64,000 nt of DNA. It comes from Phoronis australis (Eukaryota > Animalia > Phoronida). The stretch covers positions 646,228 through 710,227 of the forward strand of contig NMRA01000119.1 in assembly GCA_002633005.1 (NCBI GenBank), given 5' to 3'. Numbering within the stretch: the first letter of the stretch is position 1; each line of letters opens with the position of its first letter. The position numbers and the translations under genes were made by a program. Shown in pieces: positions 1-13,400 of the stretch. The notes beneath the pieces are model-generated. The model worked only from the letters and a program-made list of their open reading frames with translations. It made no database searches and had not been told where the DNA came from.

Positions 1-957
1 CTCCTCTGATAAAGCAAGTTAACAAATGCTTGTATCAAGCTGGCAGTCGGATGCCCATCCACGGGAAACCAAGTCCATAGAGGTTTGCATGGCAGAGTGA
101 CAAGGGACAACAATGGACACCTTACTGGATAGACATGCCTGAAATCTCCAAAGCCGGCCAGCAGCTCATGGTTGCAAGAGCATACCACCATGGGGCAAGA
201 GATATAAATTAAAAGCAATTCCTTAGCATGCACAACACTTAGCAAATACCGGGGAACATGTCAGTAACATCATGGTTTGTTATGGACCAAAGGAACAGAT
301 GATAATGTTAATTGAATTCTGTGGTCTGCAATGGCAATTTGAGATTAATCTGTTTTATTGTGTTGATATTATAAGCAGATGACAATCGGATTATATGTAG
401 ACAGGAGCTAGAAGAAGCATACTAACGACATTTTTGAAAGCTGGTCTCTGAGTTTTAGGTAGTCTGTCAAGTTCTATGCATATAAATTGGTCTCTTTATC
501 ATAACATCAACTAAATTTTCATAATAATTGTACAAATTAATGATAAATCTAATAAATTTTGGTAAGAAATCCTATTTGTTGTTGTATTATTAGTCTTGCA
601 TCAGATCAAAATAAATGATTTTGTTAAAATTGCAGTTGGTTGGTTAAATTTTGGCGGCCATATTGGAATTATGCAAATGAGGAGTCTTAATATTATGAGA
701 AAAAGATATTGCGATGTCATTATGATAGATTTCTAGTTAATAAAGTATTGTTACCTAGCCTTAAAATGTGTGATCATCCCTCAAGCAACCATAGATTGTG
801 TTACTGAGCGGCCATTTGTTTTTTGAGACCTTGACCTTGACCTCAAAATTTGGGCAACCGACCCCCATGAGATTCAGCATGTCAAAAAGTACTAGTGTGC
901 CAAATTTGGTCCTTTAATCCGACGTGTAAATGTTTTCGGGTTAAGGGCCTGGACTAA
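1..957 (+). mobile_element. Degenerate 3' end of a DNA transposon
   Basis: Interrupted frame YQAG...PSP*RFAW...WTPYWIDMPEISKA (about 30-170) resembles the C-terminal region of transposon-borne CXC-type proteins; repeat-like end GGCCTGGACTA near 957. Recognition only. Confidence 0.4.
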
Positions 958-1349
958 TAGTCTATGTGCAAATTGTGGAAACTTGAACAAGTGATGTTTT
1001 ATGGCATCCACAAAGTTCCAACTTTGCTGTCAATCCTTGAAAGAGTCTGAAATGTTCCTAATCTCTATTTTTCACCCTCACAAGTTTTCAAGCAGATTAT
1101 TTTCCACCAGATATTCTTCAACAGAATAATACGCATAAATGAAGTACACGAATATCTGCTACTGATTATGATGAAGCATAACAGAGCACATGAACTGGTG
1201 ACGTCAGCTTGCAAAGTTTTCCATTCACAGAATCTATTTTTAGCCTTTTCCTCTTTTTCCATGAGGAGTCGAACCATTTATGCCAACTAATTAGCACAAC
1301 CCACGAGAACATGAAAAACAAGTGGGCCTACATAATATAATACAATTTC

Positions 1350-1485
1350 TCAGAAAATTTTTCTGTGAACATTATTTCTAGAATTCTGTTTACAAACAGA
1401 TTTGTTTTCAGGTGTCAAATCGCATACAACATTTGTCTTTGTAGGAGACAAAGGCTGTCCCTTGGCCTGGCTGAATTCACTGGAT
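1350..1485 (-). CDS. EXO1: EXO1 terminal coding exon 12
   Basis: [44 protein letters not shown]; resembles the vertebrate EXO1 C-terminus (PLSP..LTPE..VQRAIF); acceptor TTTCAG. Confidence 0.82.
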
Positions 1486-4400
1486 CTGAAATAATAGGTA
1501 TAAAAAATAAAAGGCATCAAAAGGAATAAGAGGTAGGCAGGGGCGGGAGGGTAGGCAGGAAAGGAGGGTAGGCAGGGGCGGGAGGGTAGGCAGGGATGGT
1601 GTTGTAGGCAGGGATGGTGGGGTAGGCAGGGGAGGGAGGGTAGGAAGAGGCCGGAAGGTAGGCAAGGACGGGAGAAAGAACTAAACTTTCTTAGGTTGTG
1701 TAGGACCATATCGACAAATAGTTGAATTAACCCAAACACCTATTGAACAAAACTGTATAGACTTGAACTATAGTAAAAGTGTTTTATTTTCAGAAATTAA
1801 AAGCCTCTGCACTTTCATTCTTGGCTTTGTACTAAATTTCAAACAGGTGACCATGTCTTTTGAGTAAAAATTAGCAAAAAAGGTACATCCATAGCAAAGC
1901 AACCACATCAATAACACGACCAAATTTTGATTGATATGTATGCCCAAGATGAAGTCTCAAAAATCTTAGTTTTCCTTATTATTATTTTGTGTTTGTTTCA
2001 TTTACGCACCTTTTTTCATAAAAATACTAAAAGTCCTACTTTTTACAGCCTCTCATGTTAAAGAGGAACATATTAAAACAATTTCTAACATCCTGGAGAC
2101 AGAAGAACGGTGAACAAAGCATAGCATAGTCCTATTTTGGATAGCCAATGTAAAAAATAAAATTGCCACTTGGAGGCGTAGCGGTAATCAGATCCTTTTG
2201 AAAATTGTTATCAGGTTCATAAGAACTTATATCTGCCAAATTTCAAGGAGATTCTGCAAGGGGTAAAAGGGATACAGCATGACAAAACAGACATACCGGA
2301 AATATGCATGCATATATGTGTATGTCGATGCATAAAAATGACCATTAGTGGGCAAAGTTAAAGTAGAATGTGTCTAAAAATGGGAAGGTGGTGTTGTCTC
2401 CATAACAGAAACCTATTTGCCAAATTTCACAAAAATCTGCCAAGGAACTCGGTAGATATAGAGGATGGCTAAGACAAAATAAGAGCAACGCGAAGCGTTT
2501 AAATGCACCCACGAATGCACCGCAAATGGTGTGCTTTTAGGGGTGTTTATTTGTATCACAGAAATGGCCAATAGATGGCGCAAAATACGTCGAATCCATC
2601 CAAAAACAAGAATTTCTCATCGTTTCTTTAATAGAAAAGTTAGCTACTTCCCAAATATTTTAAAAATACGTCAAGGAACATCAGAGAAACAGAAGAAAAC
2701 AGCAAAAAAATGAAATTCCCACTAGGGGGCTATTGGCGCAAAAAAACATTAACTGTCACTAGCAGGGGCAACAATAGTTGAAGTCTTCAAAAAATCATCG
2801 TTAACCGTCTTTTTCACAATAAGAACATATATGCCAATTTTCACAATCATCCTTAGAGTGATTTGGTTGATAGAGGGGCAGATGCCAAAAACAAGACTAC
2901 AAAACAGTAAAAATGGTCCTTAGATGAAATGAAATACGTCGAATCCATAAGAAACTAGAGGAGCATGTCATTGTTTCACTAGAAGGTATTCACCAAATTT
3001 CATAAAAATCTATCAAGGAGCTTGAATTAGAGAAACAGAGGAAAACAGAAAAAAAATTAAATTGCCACAAGGGGCACCACATTTGTCTGATCCATCTGAA
3101 AGTCGTCGCTGTCCATTGTCAACTTCATATAAATAAACTTGCTAAAGATCGTGCAGAGAGTTTGGGAGATTCAGCCATGGGCAAAAATAAAATAAAACTG
3201 CCACTAGGAGGCGCCACAGTAGTTGAGGTCGTCGGAAAATGAATGAGAGCCGTCCCCTTCACAGTATGAATATACATGCCAATTTCTATAATCATCCTTT
3301 GAGTGGTTTGGTTAACAGAGGGGTGGACGCCAAACAACAATGAAAATGGCCACTAGGTGGCGCAAAATACCTTGCATCAATCCGAAAACAAATGGATAGC
3401 ATCACCTCACTAATAGACGCCTGTCTGCCAAATTTTATGGAAATCGGTTGAGGACCTTTGAAGAGGTAAACGTAAAAAAAGTAAAATTGCCATTAGGGGC
3501 CACGCCGGTACTCTGATCCGTCTGAAAGTCATCATCGCCTATTGTCAACTTTATATAAATACATTTGCTAAATTTAATAAAAATCCTGTAGAGCGTTTAG
3601 GAGATACAGTCATGGGCGCAAAAACAAACAAAACTACCACTAGGAGGTGCCAGAGTATTCAAAGTCGTCAGAAATCATCATAAGCCGCCTCCTTCACAAT
3701 AGAAACATATATGCCAATTTTCACAATCATCCTGAGTGATTTGGTCGACAGAGGGCGTACGCCAAAAAACAGACTACAAAGTGGTAAAAATGACAGTAAA
3801 AATGGCACAAACTATCTCAAATCCATCCCAAAACGGGAAAATAGCGTCATCTCACTAATAGATGCCTAACTGCCAAACTTTATGAAAATCTGTTGAGAAC
3901 CTCCGAAGATATAGACTGAGGTAAACCTAAAAAAAAATAAAATTGCCACTAGGGGGCACACCTGTGCTCGAAAAGGTCCGAAATTCATCGCCATCCCTCG
4001 TCAGCTTCATAGGAACATATCTGCCAAACCTCATCAAGATCCTGTGAGGGATTTAGGAGATACAGCTGCGGACACCCAGACAGAGATGACAGCACCCACA
4101 TATAAATATGTGGGCGCATAAAATTAAAACTGCCGATAGGATGTACAGTGGTAGCTGAATACATTCGAGAATTCACTTGTGTCATCCCATTCATGATAAG
4201 AACGTGACCGCATATTTCATGAACCCTACACTAGGTTACAGCCGATGACGCATTTGTGTGCTCAGCTTAACTCTGCGAGCTAATGAAACTTAAAGTTAAT
4301 TGTCAGAGCTCGATTTGGTGACCCGCAGGTCGCCAATGCGACCTTAAATTGCACCTGGGAAAATCCCCAGTCGCCACTACGAGAATCTAAGTCAGACAAT

Positions 4401-7400
4401 AATTCCCCCAAAATTCGTTTCAAAGTTTGTGTTGACTTCCAAACTTAAAATTAGTAACAATTTTCCTAGATTTTATACGTTTGGTTTACAATTGTTCCAT
4501 TTATTTCGTGAAATCAGTGCGTTTGCCTCACAGCAGTCAGCTTAAATTAGAACGGGAAGTAAACAGGCAGAAGTCGCATTGGTCGCCAAAAATCAAGCAA
4601 GAGTGGTGAAACACGCGCCTCCAGTGTATGCAATTATCTTTGTTCTATCTTCGTACAAATTGGGGAGAATTGAAGACGCATGTGTGAGAACGTAGTGCGG
4701 CACAACCTTTTTTGTCTTTTTTTAGTCAACGAATTCGCTTTCAATTTTGGCAACCTGAGTTTTTGTTTGGTGACCTGGAATTTTCGCCGAGTCGCTGAAT
4801 GCGGCTTGCCGTCAAGCTAGGTGTCTAGCTTTTGGAGGTCAAGGTGAATTGACATTCAAGATGGTTGAAAGACAATGAAAATGCAGGCACATGTCAAAAC
4901 ATGGTAAATGGTACTTAAAACATGGCAAATGGTACTTAAACATGGTAAATGGTACTTAAAACGTGGCAAATGGTACTTAAAACCATAACTGTAATTTTGT
5001 AGTAACAACACCAACCTTTGGTGCTGAAACTTGGCAAAAAAGTTTTTGATAGTCGTCTGCTTCCCACTGTGTAGATTCTCACTGGACTTCCTCTTCTTGG
5101 ATAGACCAATAGTGCGACACTTGGATTGACCTCCTGCAAACAAATGGATCTCCATTTAATTACAACCACCAAAAAGTTACATGTGCAGTTCTGATGGCAT
5201 TTTAAGGACAACTTTGTCATAGACAACGAGACGATTGCTCATTTGAATATACCGGATATTTGCAAAAATGGCGTTGTGAACCATTTTGGTGTACAATGAT
5301 TGCTCAGACTACACTAGTAATGATAGTGTCCATTGTTACTAAGTATTATGGGTAAAAATAACAATGTTGCAGAACCTCGGTATAAATGCAACGCAAGCCA
5401 ACACCAACTCCGTGGTTTTAGGAATTCTCTTTAAACGCTTGTAAAGCTTGTTACATTGACATCACATAGTTACTGTATCGATATTAAATAAACTCATTAC
5501 AATTCATCTGGAATGCTGATATGGTCTGTAAAGTACTACCTTTATTTTCTGCTGTTTTTGCTTTCGCCGGATTACTTGCAATAACTTGCACATCATCATC
5601 ATCACCAGCACCACCACCACCACCAGCACCAGCACCACCACAGGTGTCGCCACCAGACCCAGTGATACCGCTGCTGTTGCACGAAGACTGTCGCAGATAA
5701 AATGACAACGTTCTGTTTGAAGACTTTGTCTTGGCCATCATTCCTAATTTACGGCAAGATGAGAGGCTGGACTTCTGAGTATCTGCTGGTAGAAATACTC
5801 TTTGAGTTGCCTGCTCTTGACTGAGTGTTCCCGTCTCCTCACCTTCCAGCTTATCTATCATCATGTCTTGTTGACTAGAGGATAATTTCCAAGATGTCTG
5901 GCTTGACAATGAATCAACATTTTGACTTAGAGTGAAACTATAAGTGCCAATACTGTTTTGAGATTGATCAGACTCCGAAGGGGGTTCTTCGACTGCGTCA
6001 GGTAATGGTTCAATTACAGCTGCTGCCTGTTTGAATGTATCTAAATGTTCGTTTTCTTTACTTGCATCGACTGCTGTGTTTCTACTAGTTTCTATGCCAA
6101 TGTTACCGGCACTGCCTGGACTTTTGTTATCACGTGTGCGGTGCTCATCAATACATTCAATAGTTTCTTTAAAACAAACAGAACTGACGTCGTTATTGTT
6201 GATGGACGGGGTGCTGGTTGTAGTCTTTTCTCCCACAATCCTCGATTGTACAGGCTTGAAATCAAACTGTGGTGCAACCATCACCGATGACTCACTCTTG
6301 ACTTTCCAGGCAAAGGCTCCAATACCACCAATTAGTCTTTTCCGCTTGCTTGTTGAATCCCTGCTTTGAGCCAACTTCTTCTCATACCTGTCAAAAGCAT
6401 CCTCGTCAAGAGAACCCTTGGGTGAAGCAGATTCCAGACACTTTGTCACGGTGGTTTGTTGTGATGGTGGAGACACTTTATTGCTGAAGAACCTTAAAAA
6501 GTGTCACAGATGATACCAAAGGAAGGTATATCAAACTGTTTATTTTGAGAAAAATTGAATCACTTGCTGAAAGAGCATCATTTGTGAATAAACAGGTATG
6601 CATTTTAATCCGACCCAGTAAGTTCTTAAGTCGTTGAAAGAAAAATGCAACCGCAAGGGACCATTGCCAGAATGGAAAAGAAATTAGAGTTGTGTAAGAC
6701 ATTGTCCACAAGTCTGTGTATTGAGCCTAATCTCAGTAAAAGTTTACATTTTCTGAAAGTTTACATTTTCTGAAAGTTTACATTTTCTGAAAGTTTACAT
6801 TTTCTGAAAGTTTACATTTTCTGAAAGTTTACATTTTCTGAAAGTTTACATTTTCTAAAAGTTTACATCTTCTGAAAGTAGAAAGCTTGTAGAATTTGAC
6901 TGACATTTGACCAATCTGCCATTTATTGGGTCACATGACCATAACTGTTTGGTAAAATTTTGCTAAAAAGAAAGGTACACTTGATAGCAAAACAATGATA
7001 TCAATAACATAAATAAATTAAATATAGATTTTCAAGATGAAATCTCAAAAAAATAATTGCAGGTAGTCCGGTACAACGTGTATAGATGTGCGCAAGCGGC
7101 GCACGTCTGGTACACCGTGTACCAAACTCTACGAAGGGATTTGCTGACAATGTAAGTCACAAAAAATATCATGATGGCACTAACTTTCCAAAAATGCATC
7201 TCGACACAAATCCTGGCTCAGCAACAAAACTGATCAAAAGTAAATGTTAGTGGCTTTACTTTAATCATTCCTAATTCATAACTTAAGGTTCATTTATTAA
7301 AATTTTAAGTTTAGATCGATTTACATACCTGCTTTTAACTTCCACAGTGACTTCTTTCTTGGCATTCAAATCAAACTTTTGCTTCGTTTTGGTGTAGATG

Positions 7401-10400
7401 GCAAAAATATTACGTGGCGGCAACCATGCTTTCGCTATCTGGTCAGACTCGGCCAATTTCAGCTCTTGAAATCTTGCATGTTCCTTCTCTTCTGTATTGC
7501 CTGTACGCTCCATCTCGCATTTCTCCAGTCCCTGACTGGCATCAGAATTATCCACAGCTTCAAAAATATCTTGCAACCTGGACCTTTTCGCTGTGGTTTG
7601 CTTCGGGTAAAAGGACATCTCGCCGTCACTGTCTTCCGGGTCTGTATTGAGTTTCGATTTCTTGGCGACGTGTGCAAATTTCTGAAAATGGCCAGCTGAT
7701 GGAGAGGGATCTGAGACGTATCCATTGACCTCAGGCTTTTCAACAACAGGGTCATAATAGCTGGTCAGATCATGATCAGTTAGAGCAGCCTCGTCGTCGC
7801 TCTTGTGCCCTAAAACAAAGTAAACAAGTACTTCGACCATTTGACAGAGTGGGACACTGGGCAAACCACACTGATTTTAATAATTTATCATGATCACTCA
7901 ATACAGCATACACATGGCATGAGAACAAAAAAGTCAGAAGTGAATTATCAAATGATTTAAATCGGTCTATTTGGTTGCGAGGTACTAGGATAGTTATTCC
8001 GACTTAACTGAGCAAAGTTGATGATGTAGCAAACGAATGACACCAAGGGGTAACCAAATCCAAAATGTTGCTCAGAATGCTCAGAACCAAACTGTGGTTC
8101 TTCAGTATCAACAAGACGATGGAAGCAACAGCGTCCACCGGCTTAGACTGCCAAGCTGCCATTGTTGCCTCAAATTATGTCCCCATCAAGTTTACTAAAC
8201 CACCCAGTGCTCTGTAGAAGTGGCATACCACTGATTAGACGGCAAATCCGTCGCCTGACAAAACTTCACGTGAGCACTCATAGGACGGCTGACGAGACAT
8301 CTGACAATCCGTCTTTATATCCACTGACAGATCTGCCTTTCCAAAAAAGGCCACGTACCATAACCATTGATGAAACTTGTGGTTAGGTTTTGTTCAGGCA
8401 TCTTCTGACTGATACAATAGACTGCCAGTGTCAACATGACAAATATTAAAATAGCCATAAGACAGCTGATCGGATACCTTTGTGAACTCACTGTCTTACT
8501 AAGTGGCTGATACGCCTTTTTGATTCAAAAGGCCTATCTGCTTTCTTCTTAAAATTCCCACATGAACGCCACTAGTAGGCATAAGTTGAACATTCAGATA
8601 CATTGCTCAATAACTGAGTAGTTGGTTTAAGACTATGAAGACAAACCCATAGTTTTATACCTTAAGGTGTCATCCTTCCGGAAGTACTTCACAATGATTA
8701 AATAACATTTTAAATAACAATCCACTTTCAACAAGTAAACATAAAATACATCTCTTGATGACTGAAGAGTCTTAATTCATGCTTCAAATCGTCACACTAT
8801 TGTTTGTGATCAGTGAGTGACATTTCTGTGAAAATTGTCATTTTTTGTTCTGAACATGAATTTCCAAACACCTTTACCTGAGGGAGACTTCATGTTTCAA
8901 TTACAGAACTGTCAATATGCAGGAAACAGTGTCTCAGATTTTTGATTGTTCTCAGGGTTCGATTTTCAGCAAATAAATGTGCTGGCCCAAAGGGCTAGTT
9001 ACTTGAATATGAGACCACATCCATTTGGGGCCTATACGTTAAAGTTTACTGGCCCGACCGCAAATCCATTGGCTCGAGGCCACCATGCCAGCGTGTATTT
9101 TGAACGCTATTTGTTGTACAAAGGATAATCCAAGACATGGTTCCCTCAACAGTTGACTATAAAAATGTGCAAAAATCTCACGTGAATCGACTTATGCACT
9201 GAACAGAAATTGGTGTTCAGACCTGCTAAAAGCATCGAAAATAAAATGGAATGTAAACGGCCGAGAAAATTTGCCACACAATTGAAATGATTAAAGTCTG
9301 TCACAAACAAGCTACAAATTTGACACATAAATAATGCATTTTTAAGAAATGTTGAGCTGCAATGAAAAATATTGCTAAAGTTTAAAACAATATACTGCCG
9401 TCCATGGTGATATGCGCAGAAATTTGCTGACAAATACGAAATATGATGCCACGGTAGTTAGATTATTTCAAAGTATGATCTTTGTAAACTAAAAAGCCTG
9501 TGCTGTATATTTCAAGAGCAACTGTGCTAAGAGCTGACAGCAATTTTATCGACTGTAAAACTGTAATGTAAGCTGAATTATGATGCAACGGCATACATTC
9601 TGATAAAACAATATGTGAATTATATTGGATTTTCAATGACAATTACTGGAGTTGTCCATTTTGTAACAAGTTTGGAGGAACCTACTATTATGTTTTCTTT
9701 TCCGTGGACTCTTCCTCCTCAGTTCAGAGGTGTTCACCACAATCTCCATCCCAACGGTGGATCTACGCTCGCTTGTGTCGCCATCTTGTGACGCACGACC
9801 AGCAGGCATCGGTCGGTATCCTGCTCTCCAAATGCTGGTCATGTGTAGCGGAGGTGTGGTAGTTTTGTAATTGGAATTAGAGTTCCACGATTTGGATTTG
9901 GCAGGAGGTGCCTAAAGGGGTTAGCAGAGTGTTAACATTTACAGCACTAGTAACAAGAGCAATGCGAAGTGTTGATATGCGCCCATCGTTTGATCTGCGC
10001 CCGCTGTGTGCATCGCATATAGTGCAAATACAAGAAATGATTACTACTATTTTAAACATTCCCACTAAAGTGAGCAATGCTAGTAAACTTAAAGTAGCTT
10101 CTAGGGTGTGCGTAACAACTCAGCAATGTTCTCCTTGCCAAGATATGTGTCCACATATAAATATGTAGGTGCATAAAAATGACCACAAGGTGGCACAAAA
10201 TACCTTGAATCCCTCCGAAAAAACAGGAAGGTGTATACCTATTTGCCAAATTTCATGAAAATCCATTAAGAAACTCCAAAGATATAAAGGTAAATGCTAA
10301 AAACTAAACTTGCCACTAGGGGGCACACCGGCAGTCAGATCTGCCAGAAAATTCGCTCATGGTGTCCCAGTCATGATAGCTGAAGATACATGTAATGGTT

Positions 10401-13400
10401 TTGGAGATATAGTAGCAGAAGCCGGATGGACAGAGATAATCGCATAGCATAATGTGTCCACATATTTATACGTAGGTGCATAATATATTATCAATCCATC
10501 AGAGTCCCGCAAAAACCTATATAAAACACTTAACTGAACAAATACAATTTAAGCAGCAAATTTGTGGCATTCAGCCGCATGTTCACAAAACTACATAAAT
10601 CAATTCAGAAAAAGTATTGCTTTCTATAGTAGAAAGCCCCCAGAATTTTGCTTTCAACTTAATTCCAATCTGCCATTGATTGAAACATTCTTTTTGAATC
10701 CAAAGCTTTTGTCTCACCTGGTAGTTGTCAGGGTCAAAGTTATCCATGACACGTCCGGTGTTCACATTGATATTTCCCAGAGCTATCTGCAGCGCCCTCT
10801 CATGGGAGAGTTTACTGAGGACAAGGAGTCAGGAATAGAATAATAAGTAACACCTGGACAACCGAATGCTCTGGTACATGTTCGTGTGTGGACTGCATTC
10901 TCCGCCAGGCCAGCTGTATACACTACAATACAGTCAACAACTTCGAGAGCGAGGAGTCTCCAGATTGCTCTTCCAGTGCTGTATATGAGCGTATTTAGGC
11001 CCATACACCTGTATATGAGCGTATCTAGGCCCATAACCTGTATATGAAATAATGAGGTTTTTGCAAACACTTTTTGAACACGTCGGTGCTTGCAGCCATG
11101 CACTTATTTCAAAAATACTTGATTTAATTATTGATGTAGGCGCATACCCATAAGCTGCACATATAGGTGCAGGTAACGATTCCTTTTAAAGCTCATGTGC
11201 TGAGCTGGGAGTTATAATTTATCTTTATTCTAATTGATTTAGCATTTTTCTTTTCAACAGTCAATGTTTAATTGAATACATGCCAATGTCGACAGCTTTG
11301 TATTGGAAAAATCAAGCAACACTTATACGCTACAATTCAAGATTTTCCTTTTCGGTTTAGTCAGCATTTCGCATACAGGTGCATGGGCCTAAATACGTAA
11401 ATACGTGTATATATAGTATAAAGCAAAAATTAAAAAGGATACGGCCCTGCGTAAGCAAGTTCAACTGGGTCAATCTCTGGGGGGTAAGAGTGGAGAGGCA
11501 CAAGCTCTCTCTTTATCGGGTCGAAGACAAGCTGATAGAGAAATGTGTTGATGGCGCGAACGAATCCGTCAATGTACTCTGGAGGAACAACCAAGCTGCT
11601 GTTCTTCAGATAGAGAGGCAGCTTCTTTAGAACCTATAAAATTTTAAAAAATGGCACGGCTGATTTTCACATCAGAATACTTTTGAAAGAACGTTTACTT
11701 TTCACAACAAATCAAAACACAATCAGTTTATAACAGTTGTTGAAAATAACCTTGTAAGAATAACGCAATAACAATTGAAAGTTTACTCAAAAATATTCTC
11801 ATCAATTTTCGCACAGAGTGTAAATCATAAGTAGCCCTAACAAAAAACATTTAAAATAAGTTGGTGTTGATTAATTAATAGATAAATTCAAAACTCTTAA
11901 TTTAAATACCAGCCAAAGATTAAACCTTATAATGAATTGACATCTGCTATTCCTTTATGTCGTGCAAAGCTGAAAGTTCTTGCCACATCATAATACCCTG
12001 GAACGACGACAACCTGCTTTACATCAGTCACACTGCCAACACCTCCATCTTAATATTACTTTTTGGCCAAATTAAAAGCAGGAAGTTGAAAACAAAAATG
12101 ATGCTAGAGTGCGGCATGGACAACGTTTTGATATTACCCAACTATCACCCTCGGGCACAATAGTCAAACGGAATAGAACAAAATACCCTATTAACTGAAT
12201 GCTCACTTCACATCATAGTACGTGAAACAGGATCTGTCAGCAAACAATACCATATACCACAACTCTAGCCTGTATGTTCCACGGTTTGCGATACACAGAA
12301 GTGGTTAATCCATAGTTTTTGCCCCATCAGTTAACCTTGTTGAAGTTTTTAGGCCATGTAATAGACTAGCATTTTATCCAAGCTTAAGCTTAAATTAAAC
12401 ATCATGAATAGTGAAGTAATGTAGTTTATCACAGAACTGTAACGACTGTAACGAGGTTTTCATTGGCATGACAGCCTGAGCTTTGCATCATAGACTGACT
12501 GAACACAAAAATGAAGTCGACAGTTCCTTGCATAAATACTGGCCACACAATAGGCTTTCCTGAGGTTAAAGTTCTTGGTCATAACAATAACTATACAGAA
12601 CTCTTAATCCATGAGGCTATTCACATACAGGGCCCTCCATGCTGAGAAGTCACTCAATAGCAATGTTGGAGCATACAAGCTGGAGTTGTGATAGACAGCT
12701 GTTAGTTGACAAGTCCTGGGTCATGCATTGTGATATGAAGTGAACAATCTGTTAGTATTCTGTTCTATTCTGCTTTATTGAGCATCATGATAACATTTGC
12801 CTAAAATCAAAACGCCATTCATGTTGCACTCCATTTCAACGGCCTCCATTACCAGCCTAATGTCCGGGTGTTTGGTGATGTTGAACACCTTGCTTGCTCT
12901 CATTAACCCTATACCAGGCAAGGACGGCAGATAGTCACAACCAGACATTATACACATGTTGCGGAAGCTCTCAAACGAGTAGCGACTCTCCTTAATTGGA
13001 GTTGCCCTGCAGAGGTCGGCCTTGTCTATAAGAATGCCATTGCCGCTGATGTCCATTTTGAACAAAATCTGAAAGTGTGCATCACAGCTTATCATTACCT
13101 CTGCAAATATTAGCCAACAATATTGTGACTGTAAAGCAGACAATAGTATTTTGGGTAATAACCAACAAGGAAAAAATCAAAATGTGAGCAAATGAGATTA
13201 TCATACAGATTTCGAACCTTAGCATGCAGTGCTCAATCCTTAGCATTGCATCAACTTTCCAAATTTGACTTGGCAATATTCTGTGGACACTGCGGTTTGC
13301 TAAAACAAGGAATCTGTGTACAGTGGGAGGGCTGTGAAAGCCGTGACCTCCACATACGACCTACAGCTGGTTGCAGGTGAAAATGAAATAACCAAGATAC

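Noticed and set aside
1486-1739. Pro/Leu-rich ORFs 1350-1739 and 1477-1665
   Set aside because: They are translations of the G-rich minisatellite; only 1350-1485 is a real EXO1 exon.
6739-6879. Regular short repeats superficially like a CRISPR array (also 4896-4983 and 52611-52703)
   Set aside because: Head-to-tail units with no unique spacers, no cas genes, and a eukaryotic intronic context.
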